Positions 5,192-6,183 of a stretch of 6,183 nucleotides of DNA are shown one piece after another; positions within the stretch are counted from its first letter, which is position 1, and each line of letters starts with the position of its first letter. This stretch comes from a virus (taxonomy: Duplodnaviria > Heunggongvirae > Uroviricota > Caudoviricetes), in the IMG/VR virus record IMGVR_UViG_2548876865_000003, positions 1 to 6,183 of that record. One strand, written 5' to 3'. A model generated the notes under the pieces. The model did not search any database, was not told the origin of the DNA, and saw only the letters and a list, made by a program, of their open reading frames with translations. A program made the translations under genes and the position numbers.

Positions 5192-6183
5192 GTGGGTAAA
5201 GGCGGCGGCAAGGCGCACACGCCGGTTGAGGCGAGAGATAACCTGAAATCCACGCAGATGATGAGCGTGATTGATGCGATCGGCGAAGGACCCATTGAAG
5301 GTCCGGTTAACGGCCTGCAGAGTATTCTGGTGAACAAAACCCCGCTGACGGACACGGACGGTAACCCCGTGATACACGGTGTGACCGCCGTCTGGCGTGC
5401 CGGGGAGCAGGAGCAGACGCCACCGGAAGGCTTTGAGTCGTCCGGGGCGGAAACTGCGCTGGGCGTGGAGGTGACGAAGGCAAAGCCGGTGACGCGCACC
5501 ATCACGTCAGCGAACATTGACCGTCTGCGGGTGACCTTCGGGGTACAGTCACTGGTGGAGACCACCTCACAGGGTGACCGTAATCCGGCTTCTGTCCGCC
5601 TGCTGATTCAGCTTGAGCGTAACGGACACTGGGTGACGGAGAAGGATATCACCATTAACGGCAAGACCACCTCGCAGTTTCTGGCGTCGGTGATTCTGGA
5701 TAATCTGCCTCCCCGCCCCTTTAACATCCGGATGGTCAGGGAGACGGCGGACAGCACCACGGACCAGCTGCAGAATAAGACGCTGTGGTCGTCATACACC
5801 GAAATCATCGATGTGAAACAGTGCTACCCGAACACGGCCATTGTGGGGCTGCAGGTGGATGCGGAGCAGTTCGGTGGTCAGCAGATGACGGTGAACTACC
5901 ATATCCGCGGTCGCATCATTCAGGTGCCGTCAAACTACGACCCGGAAAAACGCACGTACAGCGGTATCTGGGACGGGAGTCTGAAACCGGCATACAGCAA
6001 TAACCCGGCCTGGTGCCTGTGGGACATGCTGACGCACCCGCGCTACGGGATGGGAAAACGCCTGGGGGCAGCGGATGTGGACAAGTGGGCACTGTATGCC
6101 ATCGGGCAGTACTGCGACCAGAGTGTTCCGGATGGTTTCGGGGGAACAGAGCCGCGGATGACCTTTAATGCGTACCTGTCACA
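5192..6183 (+). CDS. J: Host specificity protein / central tail fibre J (lambda gpJ-like), N-terminal ~330 codons, truncated by the window end
   Basis: Open frame from GTG 5192 to the window end with no stop, which is why it is absent from the supplied track. Translation VGKGGGKAHTPVEARDNLKSTQMMSVIDAIGEGPIEGPV ... NKTLWSSYTEIIDVKQCYPNTA ... WCLWDMLTHPRYGMGKRLGAADVDKWALY ... DQSVPDGFGGTEPR matches the lambda gpJ N-terminal region as I recall it. Purine-rich AGGGGGA at 5181-5187 serves as SD. An in-frame ATG at 5114 is an alternative start. Confidence 0.9.
   Translation, partial: MGKGGGKAHTPVEARDNLKSTQMMSVIDAIGEGPIEGPVNGLQSILVNKTPLTDTDGNPVIHGVTAVWRAGEQEQTPPEGFESSGAETALGVEVTKAKPVTRTITSANIDRLRVTFGVQSLVETTSQGDRNPASVRLLIQLERNGHWVTEKDITINGKTTSQFLASVILDNLPPRPFNIRMVRETADSTTDQLQNKTLWSSYTEIIDVKQCYPNTAIVGLQVDAEQFGGQQMTVNYHIRGRIIQVPSNYDPEKRTYSGIWDGSLKPAYSNNPAWCLWDMLTHPRYGMGKRLGAADVDKWALYAIGQYCDQSVPDGFGGTEPRMTFNAYLS

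Noticed and set aside
5033-5377. Minus-strand ORF of 114 aa spanning the insertion and the first ~60 codons of J (also the 45-codon version from ATG at 5170)
   Set aside because: Its 5' part is antisense to the conserved J N-terminus, and the candidate start at 5170 is preceded by C-rich sequence with no SD. The ORF would also run through the + strand terminator hairpin. The minus-strand signal here is better explained as a non-coding transcript.
5170-6003. ORFs 5170..5565 (-), 5608..5808 (-) and 5785..6003 (+) within J
   Set aside because: Antisense or alternative-frame ORFs inside the gpJ-homologous reading frame, with low-complexity translations and no start signals.
1-6183. CRISPR arrays, tRNA or rRNA genes, integrase or transposase genes, attachment sites, long tandem or inverted repeats
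   Set aside because: I saw no regularly spaced direct repeats, no tRNA-like cloverleaf candidates and no recombinase-like ORFs. The only notable inverted repeats are the two short hairpins in the I-J insertion, which are reported as terminators.

Overview
This window is the distal tail-morphogenesis module of a lambda-like siphovirus, most likely a lambdoid prophage in an enterobacterial genome. All genes are on the + strand in lambda order: the last codons of an upstream gene (probably T), then tape measure H, M, L, K, I and the 5' third of host-specificity gene J. Gene identities rest on my recognition of the translated ORFs as close homologues of phage lambda tail proteins; no search was run. 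H/M and M/L overlap at start/stop codons (ATGA, TGATG), and K and I overlap out of frame by 103 nt. The one region not explained by the canonical lambda layout is a ~240-bp AT-rich insertion between I and J (4952-5191). It carries two intrinsic-terminator-like hairpins in opposite orientations, a 39-codon ORF and a plausible minus-strand sigma70 promoter. I interpret it as a moron-type insertion that may encode a small RNA or small protein; this is the best candidate for something undescribed. No tRNA, rRNA, CRISPR array, integrase or transposase was seen. The minus-strand ORFs in the supplied track that lie inside H, L, K and J are treated as antisense artefacts of GC-rich coding sequence.
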